NCBI GenBank assembly: GCA_963705595.1
Contig: CAVPKD010000002.1
Span: forward strand, 261,962-325,961
Direction of reading: 5' to 3'
DNA length: 64,000 nucleotides
Source of the DNA: Nitrospirota bacterium
GTDB taxonomy: Bacteria > Nitrospirota > UBA9217
The position numbers and the translations under genes were made by a program. The notes beneath the pieces were generated by a model that worked only from the letters and a program-made list of their open reading frames with translations, was not told where the DNA came from and did no database searches. Positions 43,053 through 53,051 of this stretch are shown in pieces (positions within the stretch are counted from its first letter, which is position 1; each line of letters opens with the position of its first letter).

Positions 43053-43292
43053 TTATTTCGCGAAATTGATTTTCTTTGACAGAATGTTCAACCTTGAAGA
43101 TAAACTCGATTGTTTCCTTCTTTCCGGTCCTAAATATGAACCGACTGATCCCCTTATCGGATCTCTCTCAATATCTGCCCACTCTCCAGAACGATAAAAC
43201 TTTTTAATTTTCTTTGACGAAATGAGTTCATTGAGGAGCGATGGTCTAACCATATCATACTTATCGTTCTGATACATGACCTTGAGCAGCAT
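43053..43292 (-). CDS. Hypothetical small protein (79 aa) in island 2.
   Basis: ORF MLLKVMYQNDKYDMVRPSLLNELISSKKIKKFYRSGEWADIERDPIRG…. The composition is protein-like, but I recognise no family. Low support. Confidence 0.25.
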   Translation of the reverse strand: MLLKVMYQNDKYDMVRPSLLNELISSKKIKKFYRSGEWADIERDPIRGSVGSYLGPERRKQSSLSSRLNILSKKINFAK

Positions 43293-44010
43293 GGTCTGCC
43301 CTCCCTGACTTAGGATGGGAAAGAACCCATGTAACCGTTTTCGACTGTGAACCTCGAGATCAATATAATCTTACCCACACTTATTGCTGGCCTTTCATCT
43401 GAAGGGACGCTATGCCTGCCTTTTGAGAGAGAACCTTCGTATCTTCCGCATAATATGCGATAGTTTTATTAGGAATCTTCTTGAGGCATTTCTGTCCCCG
43501 AAGTAAGGTGAGTACTCGCATAATGTTCAGGTTTTTTTCTCTGGAAAAGCACTTAGGATACATATCACCTTCCATAATTTTTTTTCTCCGGCAGCCCAGC
43601 CGTCCCGTGTCTGGAACCCGTGAGCTTTGTGCCCCACATTGCGATGGTTTACTCTTTTCGGCGGATCAAGCGTGTCTATAACGACGATATATTTATATGT
43701 ATAACTAAATAGACACAAAAAAACTGATGCCGATTTTTAGATCAGAAAAAACCGGGTCAGATTTTGTTGGAAATAAGCGGTGGCAGTAAGCAGGCTGTTA
43801 ATACTTACATGTAAAATAGCAAATAATAGGTGCAAAGTAAAGTTCAATTTCGGGGTATTTTTAGGGTATTGTTGCAAAAAATCGAAATTATTTAAAAGGG
43901 CAAAACTCATAATAGACAAATTCAATATAGTACGGTCAATATTATGATGCAACGCGCAAAACGGGAAGCCAGACAGAATATCAAGGATTGTGTTTTTCTG
44001 CACTATCGAG

Positions 44011-44054
44011 CTGGCAGCCTTAGGGTCAGGGTTCGATTCCCATTAGCTCCACCA
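44011..44054 (+). repeat. tRNA-Ala 3'-half copy 3, degenerate (about 37/45 identical).
   Basis: ctggcagccttagggtcagggttcgattcccattagctccacca. Confidence 0.75.
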
Positions 44055-44424
44055 AGAATTCAAGAGGTCAGTTTACAAAGCTAACCCTTTTTCATTTGAC
44101 TGTGCTATATCTGTGATGTTTCTTTCCGAAACCTCTTTCCATTTCGCAAATATTCAGCGGTATTTTCATCCCCCCTGTACATTACCAGGGGGCCATTTTG
44201 CCCCACTAATACCGGCTTTTTTAAATTATCGGATATGTTTCAGTTAGCAATTATTAACAAGAATCGCATATTTCCACCTTGTTTAGTGCCGATAAAAATA
44301 GTATCATAATCATCCAATAATCTTGTATGAGACAGAGTAAAGAAAGAAACATTAAGCCGGGGGAAAGATAAGAACTCTGAAGGTAAACGGGGAAATAATC
44401 AAAAGCGGAAGGGATCCTGCGATC

Positions 44425-44886
44425 ATGAAAGGTACAACATATCTATTTCTTGGACTTCTAGCGGCTACTTTAGGAGCTGCCCAGCCAGTTCATGCTACGC
44501 TCGGTGAATCTGCCGATTCAGTCATGACGGATCGTAAGGCGCTCTCAGCGGTGCAAGCCGTTACAACGACACGTAATGCCTACACGGTTCAGGAGATCTC
44601 GTCTGATTCGGTTGCTGTTCGGGAGTACATGTCGCCATCCGGGATGGTATTCGGCATCGCATGGAATGGCCTGACCCACCCAGATCTTACACTGCTTCTA
44701 GGATCTTATGCCGGCGAATACCAGAAATCCGTGAAACAGACTCCTCGCAAGCCGGGCCGCAGGTTCTCTCAAATAAAGACGAACCGAATCGTGGTGGAGA
44801 AATGGGGGCATATGCGAAACCTGCGCGGTCGCGCCTACGTACCATCCTTAATCCCACCCGGAGTGACTGTCGATGAAATCAAGTAA
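44425..44886 (+). CDS. Secreted DUF2844-like protein.
   Basis: Signal peptide MKGTTYLFLGLLAATLGAAQPVHA. The body …YTVQEISSDSVAVREYMSPSGMVFGIAWNGLTHPDL… resembles the small proteins that pair with DUF3443 lipoproteins in Burkholderiales. This is from memory and unverified. Confidence 0.45.
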   Translation: MKGTTYLFLGLLAATLGAAQPVHATLGESADSVMTDRKALSAVQAVTTTRNAYTVQEISSDSVAVREYMSPSGMVFGIAWNGLTHPDLTLLLGSYAGEYQKSVKQTPRKPGRRFSQIKTNRIVVEKWGHMRNLRGRAYVPSLIPPGVTVDEIK

Positions 44887-46087
44887 AATACCAATTCTTT
44901 TCCTGATCCTTGTTCTGGTAGCCGGTTGTGGCGGCGGTGGATCAGGCACACCCCCGCCGAAAGGCAGTGCCGCTCTTGCCAACAACGTGCTTCCCATCAC
45001 CGTGAATGGATCGCTCTGTTCGGCCAGCACCTCAGCTTCCTACCTCAATAAGCCCTGCGTCAGCGTTACGGTCTGCACTCCCGGCACGTCAACCTGCCAG
45101 ACGATCAACGACATCCTCTTGGATACGGGAAGCTTCGGGCTGCGGATATTCAAGCAGGCGCTGACGACTGTTTCCCTGACACAGATAATCAGCGGTTCCG
45201 GATCAGTTGCCGAGTGCGCGCAGTTCAATGGTGGCTTATCGGAATGGGGTCCTGTTGTGTTAGCGGACGTTACCCTAGGCAAAGAAACCGTCAATAATGT
45301 TCCTATCCAGATCATAGATTCCACCTTCGGCACTGTCCCCAGCGCCTGCGGAACCCCGGATGCAACGCCGTCAGCCGCGGGCTTTACCGGGATACTGGGG
45401 GTCGGCGTCTTTGTCCAGGATTGCGGTTCAGTCTGCGCAAACCAAGCAAACAATGGAATCTATTACTCCTGCAGCGGATCGACATGCACGGGCATAACAG
45501 TTCCCCTATCCAGTCAGGTCCAGAATCCGGTGGTGTTCCTTCCTCCGGATAATAACGGCGTGAGTGATAATAACGGTGTGATCGTGGAGCTTCCGACCGT
45601 TCCTTCGAATGGTTCGCAATCAGTTAATGGAATTCTTGTGCTCGGGATCAGTACAAAGACCAACAATGTACCTTCCGGAGTCACCGCATATAACACAGAC
45701 CCAATCGGTGAGATCACCACAAGTCTCAGTGGTACCTACAGTGGGATTATTGATAGCGGATCGAACGGGCTGTTTTTCACACCTCCCTCACCAGGCCTTC
45801 TCCCGAATTGCCCGTCTCCTGATTCTGCATGGTTCTGCCCCTTGTCGATAACGACCCTTTCCGCGAAAAACCAAGGGGCATCGGGATCGCCGAGCGGCGA
45901 CGTTTTCTTCCAGATAGGCAACTTCATGAGCCTAACAAAGTCACCTAACAACGTCTTCTCCAACATTGGCGGGTCATCACCGGGCCTATTCGATTGGGGA
46001 CTTCCGTTTTACTTTGGACGAAACATCTGTGTGGGAATTGAAGGAAAGGCGTCCAGCATCGGCACCGGACCTTACTTTGCCTATTAA
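44873..46087 (+). CDS. Lipoprotein with a pepsin-like (bilobal aspartic protease, DUF3443-like) fold.
   Basis: Lipobox LVLVAGCGGG. Two aspartic-protease-like motifs at a pepsin-like spacing: INDILLDTGSFGLRIF (compare FDTGSSNLWV) and GIIDSGSNGLFF (compare VDTGTSLL). The start overlaps the preceding gene. Confidence 0.5.
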   Translation: MKSSKIPILFLILVLVAGCGGGGSGTPPPKGSAALANNVLPITVNGSLCSASTSASYLNKPCVSVTVCTPGTSTCQTINDILLDTGSFGLRIFKQALTTVSLTQIISGSGSVAECAQFNGGLSEWGPVVLADVTLGKETVNNVPIQIIDSTFGTVPSACGTPDATPSAAGFTGILGVGVFVQDCGSVCANQANNGIYYSCSGSTCTGITVPLSSQVQNPVVFLPPDNNGVSDNNGVIVELPTVPSNGSQSVNGILVLGISTKTNNVPSGVTAYNTDPIGEITTSLSGTYSGIIDSGSNGLFFTPPSPGLLPNCPSPDSAWFCPLSITTLSAKNQGASGSPSGDVFFQIGNFMSLTKSPNNVFSNIGGSSPGLFDWGLPFYFGRNICVGIEGKASSIGTGPYFAY

Positions 46088-46329
46088 AGGTGAGATGAAG
46101 TTCTGTGTTTAAACATTGTTGCTTCCTGAACTTGTCATGGCTGACACTCCTTGAAACTGCTAAAGATTCACTCAGAATTCGTTGGCGCCTATTCGGCCGA
46201 AATACTGTTAATGGTGCGGCATGTTCATTGCTGATCCTAGACCTCGCCTCATAGATATAACTCTGGCCGGCATGTTGTGCTTCACCAGGAGAGTTCAGCC
46301 CGGCCGCTGAAACGTTCGCTAGAGATAGA

Positions 46330-46842
46330 ATGAAATTTTCATACAGCATAATTCGCTTGGTCATTTTAGCGCTCATCCTGGTCCTGCCAGGCTGCACATT
46401 CACGAAACTGCTGACAACCCGGTTAGTGAAGCCAACCTTCACCTATAAGGGCTTCGAGCTGGTCGATGCCTCGCAAAGCAGCTTAATCGTGAACTTTCTG
46501 TTCTCCGCGCATAACCCGAATAAAGCAGGATTGAAGAACATAACCTGCTCGTATGAGCTTTTTGTGGAAGGAAATAAAATTCTGACAGGAAATGACGTTC
46601 CTTTGGCGCTTAACCCGAACGGCGACACGGAGATCAAGGTTCCTGCAACGATCGCTTATTCGGACCTCTTCCCCGTTCTGGGGTCTGTCGTACAACGGAT
46701 TTTATCAGGTCAGAAAACAATACCTATCACTATAAATGCCGTCTTTTCCGGTAAACCTGCGACCTATAGCGAAGCAGGAAAAGAAGAAGCGATTTCCTTC
46801 GAGATGAAATTGATCAAGACCGCCGACATTCCCTTACCGTAA
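46330..46842 (+). CDS. LEA14-like / WHy-domain lipoprotein.
   Basis: Lipobox LVLPGCTF. Then KPTFTYKGFELVD…SLIVNFLFSAHNPNKAGLKNITCSYELFVEGNKILTG…, typical of LEA_2/WHy. Confidence 0.5.
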   Translation: MKFSYSIIRLVILALILVLPGCTFTKLLTTRLVKPTFTYKGFELVDASQSSLIVNFLFSAHNPNKAGLKNITCSYELFVEGNKILTGNDVPLALNPNGDTEIKVPATIAYSDLFPVLGSVVQRILSGQKTIPITINAVFSGKPATYSEAGKEEAISFEMKLIKTADIPLP

Positions 46843-47162
46843 GGGAAAATAATCAAAGGACAGTGAAGGAATTCGATTGTATTTTGTAGCGGCATATACC
46901 TGAACTCTGCACTGACAACAATACGGTCCCATGTGCATTTTTGAACTAGTATTATTTAATGAAACATCCTTGCAACAAAAATACTATTGATTGTAGTAGT
47001 CCGGTTGGATCAATTCCGAAGGAGCGATGCCTAGTGAAAGCAGCGAGATAGCTGCTAAGACGGAGAGTAAATTATGCCGTCTTCCTTTGAACTCACAGCT
47101 TATGCTTGGCTAAAGTACATATTGCAATTGGATAACTTTGCGTATATGAAATTCAATCTAAA

Positions 47163-47996
47163 ATGATGACCAAAACGGGATGGTTCATTATTGCTTTTGT
47201 GTCCATAATATTATTTCACCTGAGTCTATCGCAAGCAGAAGAACCCGATCTGTCCACGGTTCAGACGCAAAAGGAAGACAACGATATAAACAAAAAACCT
47301 CCGGACCGCGTGGTTAAGCTAGACAAGGAGTATTTTACCGGATAGTGGACGGACACAAAGAACATTCTTACTTCCCCAGCTCGACGGGAGACAAAGGATT
47401 GGATAAAAGCATCTGCCATCTTTGGTATATCAATAGGGTTGTATACACAGGATGGTAAAATTCAGACGTGGGTACAGAAAAATAAGAATAACACCAATTC
47501 TCATCTTGCTGATGATGCCTCAACTACATTACGTTATGCGATACCGGTCCTGGGAGGACTTGGCCTATACGGCTACATCGCCGAAGACGAAAGAGCCAAA
47601 AGAACCTTCTTGCTGAGTGCCGAGAGCGTCATCATTACCGGCGTTTTTGTTCAAACTCTTAAACACTCAACAGGCCGTCATCGGCCTAATACTGGTGATC
47701 ATTATGATACATGGTCCGGCCCCACCATGAAAGGCTCATATCTGTCGTTCCCTTCTGGTGATGCCTCGACAGCCTTTGCCATAGCATCCGTTGTAGCTTC
47801 TGAATATGATAATATTGTGGTACCTACCCTGGCATACACAGCCGCATCGCTCATAGCTCTTGAACGAGTATACAACAACGCGCATTGGTCTTCCGATGTT
47901 TTTGTGGGTTCCGCGATAGGATATTTTACCGGAAAAGCGATCGTAGCTTCGCATAGGAACGTTTGCGAGAGCAACACCTATCGGTTGTTCCTCTGA
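47163..47996 (+). pseudogene. PAP2-family phosphatase paralogue with an in-frame TAG at 47343..47345 and substituted catalytic motifs (PSGD instead of PSGH).
   Basis: ORFs 47163..47345 (signal peptide) and 47439..47996 are in the same frame. The latter has KHSTGRHRP, SFPSGDAS and ERVYNNAHWSSDV (the KxxxxxxRP / PSGH / SRxxxxxHxxxD pattern with H to D and S to E). Confidence 0.5.
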
Positions 47997-48440
47997 TAGA
48001 CGCAAAGGGCGTTGGGTTACTAGTGACTTATAGGTATTAATCATCCGGTCCTTCGCATAATTCCCGCCCGCCTTCCCGCACTGGTGCTCGTGGTCACCTG
48101 GCTGAGGTTCATGTGCAGAATTCAACTAATATCCGTTAGAGTTTCAATTCGTCGTAACCCATATACTTGTGGGTGTTCACGAGAGGGATCAGGATTTGAG
48201 TGAAGAGATGAAGATCGATTGAATCATTCAGTATCTGATCCTTCCCGTGCCTCACGAAGTTTCCATTCTTAGCAACTCATCAATTTTCAACCCGGATTTA
48301 TTAGCATATACCCTTAAAATACCCATTGGAAAATATTGACAAGTCATAATATCTGTGCTTGTATCTAAGTAGTTCTCGATAAAGCCAAACCCTTCGCAAG
48401 AGGGGGACGGAAAGCGACGGGTCTTAAGAGACAAAGATGG

Positions 48441-48490
48441 CCGAGCTGCCGAGGGATGATTCCTTTGGTTAGCTCGGCCTTTTGTTTTGT
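48441..48490 (+). terminator. Strong hairpin (GGCCGAGCT…AGCTCGGCC, 9-bp perfect stem) followed by TTTTGTTTTG. An orphan intrinsic terminator in an island 3 intergenic region.
   Basis: Read directly. No annotated plus-strand gene ends within 440 nt upstream. Confidence 0.45.
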
Positions 48491-48770
48491 ATCATAATTT
48501 CCGTGATTAATCTTGTTCATCATCCGACAAAACCAAACGTCTTGTGAGAACGGGCGGGAAACGGTTAGTCCTTGAAGATCAAGGTCGTCGCGGGGTGTTT
48601 CGAATAACCTAGCCACAATCGGAATATAACATATGATGGCACAAAAGCGCACATAGGTTTCGCTATTCAGCAGAAGTTGTAATTGAATGTCATTAAGCAG
48701 ATGTCGAATTTAATTAACGTGGACATGTCCACATCAAGAACTTGGAAATATCAAGGCGCAGAGAGGACGA

Positions 48771-49346
48771 ATGTTTTTGAATCGATTGAGGCTACGTATG
48801 GAATCATCTACAGAAAACATAACAATTAAAATCCCGGTCGAAGTGGGACAGATCAGTTCCGCGGGAATAGAGAGGACGAAGAATCTCGTACGGGCAGCTC
48901 TAATCGCGGCCGTGGCGCTCGCTTCCGTTTACGCCTCCAAAGTGCCCGATGCGGCGGCAGGTTCATTCTCCACGGTCATCCGGGTGAACGCCGTTGTCCT
49001 GGCACGAACGCAACTGAAGCCCCTTCGACAGCCGGCGATGCTTGTCATAACGGAGACCGACATTCAGCGGGGTTACGTTGAAGTCAGCGGCGCCTCGATC
49101 TTCGAGATCTGGAGCAACGATCCGGCCGGATGTGTTCTCACCTTCGAGTCAAGCGATTTTCCCTACCGCGAAGCGGCTGTCAGAGTGATGGGCAGAGAAA
49201 TTATTATATATCCGACGGGCGGCATGATCCTTATGCCGGTCAGAGGAAGACAGCAGATCGCTCTGGACTACCGGTTTATCCTTACTACCGAAGCACAGCC
49301 CGGCACCTACGCATGGCCCCTCTCCGTTTCTGTTAATCCGCGGTGA
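48771..49346 (+). CDS. Hypothetical membrane-anchored periplasmic protein (191 aa).
   Basis: RBS gagagga 4 nt upstream. TM/signal anchor LVRAALIAAVALASVYA. No recognisable family. Confidence 0.35.
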   Translation: MFLNRLRLRMESSTENITIKIPVEVGQISSAGIERTKNLVRAALIAAVALASVYASKVPDAAAGSFSTVIRVNAVVLARTQLKPLRQPAMLVITETDIQRGYVEVSGASIFEIWSNDPAGCVLTFESSDFPYREAAVRVMGREIIIYPTGGMILMPVRGRQQIALDYRFILTTEAQPGTYAWPLSVSVNPR

Positions 49347-49788
49347 AGGGAGCGGGGATGGTGGAGCAGATGGTCGCGATGCCGACTGTGACTGACACTG
49401 TTCATACAGAACGAATCCCCAGGCAAGGACAAGGAAGCCAAGTGGCTCCCTACGCTGAAGGAACAATTCTTCATGGCTATGCTTCTCTACATGCCGAAAG
49501 CCAAAGTACTGGAAGGCAAGAAGCGCACCGCCGCTGAACCGCGACGTTCATGTGTACGTTTCAACTGGCATTTTGTATCTCCTCTCTATCGGTCCCCGTT
49601 TCGACCTTGTTGATGTACTTAACAGATTGGCTTAGAAACACCGTGCCATATTTATACTAAAAAATATCCGTAAGTGCAAAATCATAGTAATAAACAAACT
49701 CATCGCCATGCGGCCACCCTTTGATCCGGCCATTAAAAAAGGGAGACTAGGCAACAAACCAAGGATTGTTGTTTTCTGCCCTGCCCTA

Positions 49789-49822
49789 CTGGTTGTCTTG
49801 GGGTCAGGGGTTCGATTCCCAC
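49789..49822 (+). repeat. tRNA-Ala 3'-half copy 4, partial (positions about 32-63, lacking the acceptor 3' strand).
   Basis: ctggttgtcttggggtcaggggttcgattccc, then diverges. Confidence 0.65.
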
Positions 49823-50092
49823 GAGTGAACATGTGCTGCGCGGGACGCGTCCTGGTGACGCCGGGACCCGGATTTCGCGCGCTGCTGTTGACACATGCAT
49901 CCTTGACCTATATCATGGCTGAGCAACTCTTTGTTCATCGTAAGATCAATCTTGGCCATGACAAACTGTAATAAAAAGGTGTGGCGGAGGTCAATAACTG
50001 CTCGTCATTGTATTGAATAATGGAGCCGTGCTGGATTCAAATCGATCATGCCAAAAGGGTTGGCATATCGGATGCACCGCACATTACCACGC

Positions 50093-50293
50093 TTATACAT
50101 TTCTTTTTATGCGTTTACCTCCCCTCGGACTGGATTTTAAAACAAACTCCCTCTCCTCAACCGCTCTAATTAAAACAACTGGCTTGCCATTCTTTGTCAC
50201 GGTGACATCCTCTCTCTTTTTATTAATTTCGGCGACAATTGCTGTCGCATGCGCACGAAGCTCTGAAACTGTTATAAATCTCAAAGCACTCAC
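50093..50293 (-). CDS. Phd/YefM-family antitoxin-like protein (orphan).
   Basis: MSALRFITVSELRAHATAIVAEINKKREDVTVTKNGKPVVLIRAVEE…, the YefM N-terminal pattern. I translated the downstream minus-strand region and found no toxin-sized ORF. Confidence 0.45.
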   Translation of the reverse strand: MSALRFITVSELRAHATAIVAEINKKREDVTVTKNGKPVVLIRAVEEREFVLKSSPRGGKRIKRNV

Positions 50294-50480
50294 CTCGTTC
50301 TAATCAGAATTTGGGATTCTCGACGGTAACTGATCAAGATTTTCATTGAAAAAACCGCCCGAAATCATCTGCAAATATAACCCTTAGGTCCGTCCTTTCA
50401 GATAGCTTCAATTACTACTGATACCGGTAAGAAATTCGCATACCGATGAGTTGTTCTCCTAATTGTCGGGCCGCACGAGT

Positions 50481-52685
50481 TTAGCCTTTCTTGTCTAACA
50501 TTTCTCTTATCTTGGTGAGGAGCTCATGGGGTGTAACTGGCTTTGTAACGAAATCCGCCTCTTCGTCTAAAATATCTTTTCGCTGAATAATATCTGCCGT
50601 ATAGCCGCTGGTAAACAATATTTTAACATCGGGCTGTATCTTCTTTATTGCAATACTGGCTTCTTTGCCGCTTTTCTTAGGCATTACTACATCGAGCATA
50701 ACGAGTTGTATCGTGTCTTTATTCGCTATAAACTTATTTATGCCGTCCTCTCCATCTACTGCTTCTATGACTTTATAACCAAATTCCTCAAGCACGGCCT
50801 TCGAAAGAGCCCTAACCTCTTTATTATCCTCTGTAACCAGTATGGTCTCATTACCACCCTTGGGAGTAATAGCCACTGCGGCTTTTGGCTCTTCACTTTT
50901 TGCTTTAACCAAAGGGAGGTATATTTTGAATGTCGTGCCCATCCCCGGCTCGCTGTATTCCGTGATGTGACCGTTGTGCTGCTTGATTATTCCATATACT
51001 ATCGAAAGCCCAAGACCTGTCCCCTTCCCAAACTCCTTGGTCGTAAAAAAAGGCTCAAATATCTTTTGTCTGGTTTGTTCATCCATGCCCACACCGCTAT
51101 CGGTCACCGTTAACAGGACATACAGACCAGGTTTCTCCAGATCGTACGTTTTTGCATAGTTCGCATCCAAGTATTTGGTTTCTGTACTGATGGACAGTAG
51201 CCCGCCATTAGGCATGGCATCACGCGCATTGGTGCACAAGTTCATCAAGACCTGTTCTATTTGGCCGGGGTCTACCATTACCGTCACGTTCTTATCGACA
51301 AGTTGTGTCTTTAGTTCGACATCCTCACCAATAACCCTGTGCAGAAGTTTCTCCGTTCCCTTGATAAGCTCATTAAGATCTATCTGTTTCGGGCTGATTA
51401 CCTGTTTTCTGCTGAATGTAAGGAGCTGACGGGTCAGATCGGCTGACTTCTCTGCTATGCTCAGTATCTGTGTCGCGAACGACTTTAATGAGCTGTCATT
51501 CTCTACCTTAAAGCTCAAAAGGGTTGCGTAGCCGATTATTGCCGTTAGCATATTATTAAAATCATGCGCAATACCGCCTGCAAGCTGACCCACTGCCTCC
51601 AATTTTTGTGCTTGGTGGAGTTGTGCCTCGAGTTTGCTTTTTTCTTCTTGAACCTTTCTCTCATGTGTGAGGTCGTGCATAGTCATCAATATACTTATAG
51701 GCTGTTCTTGTTTGTCGCGGACTATTTTAACGGTGATCTCAATTGGTCGTCCGGCTGGATTATCAGGATTATCTACCTCCATGATAATGAACGCGTCACG
51801 TTTTTCCTCCTGTGCCTGGCATGCGGGGCAGAGGACCATTTCGCCATAGGGATGAATGATCTCTGCAATATGGCGTCCAACAGCGGTTTCTGGAGTTCTC
51901 CCTGTCATTGTATAGAATGATTTGTTGGCTCGCATTAAACGTCGATTGAGATCGAGCAGGTAGATAACATCCTGAGATGCATCCATTGCAGCCCTCCACT
52001 CCGTCGCAGCTTGCTCTACGGCTCTCTCAATTCGTTTGCGTTCGGTTATGTCAGTGGCGACCCCAGTCGTCCCTATCAGTTCATTTCGCTCGTTTCTAAC
52101 AGGATAGTACCATATTTCAAATACGATTCCGTCTATATTGGTCACTGTGGTGAACGCCTCACCCGCTAATGCACGACGGACTCCCTCGAGCACCGAAGGT
52201 GCGTCGCGGTAAACTTCGAAGACCGACCGGCCTACGACCTCGCCGGGTTTGAGGCCCAGCGCTAACAGTCCTCTCCCCTCAGAAAGCGTAAACACTCCCC
52301 CCCGATCCAGTGCGAAAAGCACCACCGGCGTATTTTCCATGACGGTACGCAGACGCGACTCGCTTTTCCGCAGTTCCAGCTCCGCACGTTTGCGCTCCGC
52401 GATTTCCTGCTGAAACCGCTCATTGATTTTTTTTAGTTCGGCGGTATGTTTTATAAAATAAATAACTATGGGCGCAACGATCAAGGGGATAAACAAAGCA
52501 TCAAGCGCGCCTATTATCAGTAATTTTGGTGAAAATTTTCCATACCAGATGTAACTCTGGATGGTATTCAAGAATGCCGTGAACAGTTCAGAGACCACGA
52601 CAGAAAGCCAGATAAAATGCCAGGGATTGATTCTTTTCTGCTTAGCAAGATTTTTTTCGGTCATGTTGGGCATTTCCTTCCGCAT
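50481..52685 (-). CDS. Hybrid sensor histidine kinase / response regulator (TM - PAS/PAC x2 - HisKA - HATPase - REC).
   Basis: Intact 734 aa. H-box IAHDFNNMLTAI. N/G-boxes NLCTNARDAMP, DSGVGMD, GTGLGLSIV. REC VMLDVVMPKKSG. The real start is probably MPNMTEK or MTEK. Confidence 0.85.
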   Translation of the reverse strand: MRKEMPNMTEKNLAKQKRINPWHFIWLSVVVSELFTAFLNTIQSYIWYGKFSPKLLIIGALDALFIPLIVAPIVIYFIKHTAELKKINERFQQEIAERKRAELELRKSESRLRTVMENTPVVLFALDRGGVFTLSEGRGLLALGLKPGEVVGRSVFEVYRDAPSVLEGVRRALAGEAFTTVTNIDGIVFEIWYYPVRNERNELIGTTGVATDITERKRIERAVEQAATEWRAAMDASQDVIYLLDLNRRLMRANKSFYTMTGRTPETAVGRHIAEIIHPYGEMVLCPACQAQEEKRDAFIIMEVDNPDNPAGRPIEITVKIVRDKQEQPISILMTMHDLTHERKVQEEKSKLEAQLHQAQKLEAVGQLAGGIAHDFNNMLTAIIGYATLLSFKVENDSSLKSFATQILSIAEKSADLTRQLLTFSRKQVISPKQIDLNELIKGTEKLLHRVIGEDVELKTQLVDKNVTVMVDPGQIEQVLMNLCTNARDAMPNGGLLSISTETKYLDANYAKTYDLEKPGLYVLLTVTDSGVGMDEQTRQKIFEPFFTTKEFGKGTGLGLSIVYGIIKQHNGHITEYSEPGMGTTFKIYLPLVKAKSEEPKAAVAITPKGGNETILVTEDNKEVRALSKAVLEEFGYKVIEAVDGEDGINKFIANKDTIQLVMLDVVMPKKSGKEASIAIKKIQPDVKILFTSGYTADIIQRKDILDEEADFVTKPVTPHELLTKIREMLDKKG

Positions 52686-53051
52686 GGCATAAATTTGCTT
52701 GGTACCATATACTCGATTTTAAGCAGATCAATTATTAACGATCTCCTTAGATAATATTCGCGGTAATTTAGCGCTATAATATTAGCTATTATATTAGCTA
52801 TTTAATTGCTGCATGTCAAGCATACAATGTAGTATATGGCATTACCAAATCTCACGCCAACTTGATTAAAATAAGACATCTTTCGATGTTGCAGAAAGGG
52901 ACTTCATGGCAAGGGCATGCGCAACTGTCGAATTTCGCTGTTTTCCGTGTCGAGATCCCTCCTGAAATCTCTATTTCGGTTCAGTACCGGCCGTCGTCAC
53001 CGGTTACATGAATCTTCTTTACCATCGTTCTTTCCATCTCCTCCATTGACA

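Larger units (their letters stand above)
42922..44010 (+). mobile_element. Island 2. A roughly 1.1-kb AT-rich remnant with no integrase. Only short doubtful ORFs.
   Basis: Bounded by repeat copies 2 and 3. Its left arm, after the att copy, is homologous to the island 1 left arm (…gcaaattgtcaggaccatgatgcgaatacc…). Confidence 0.45.
44055..49788 (+). mobile_element. Island 3. About 5.7 kb with secreted/lipoprotein cargo: DUF2844-like, pepsin-like lipoprotein, LEA14-like lipoprotein, degenerate PAP2, hypothetical. No integrase.
   Basis: Bounded by repeat copies 3 and 4. A shared 20-mer aaggattgtNgttttctgc lies immediately upstream of copies 3 and 4. Confidence 0.45.

Noticed and set aside
43381-43575. 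A 64-aa ORF in island 2 (…CFSREKNLNIMRVLTLLRGQKCLKKIPNKTIAYY…) as a possible transposase or HicA fragment.
   Set aside because: Only a vague resemblance to HTH-containing transposase N-termini. It has no catalytic domain and no terminal inverted repeats nearby, and it sits in AT-rich non-coding DNA. There is not enough evidence to call it.
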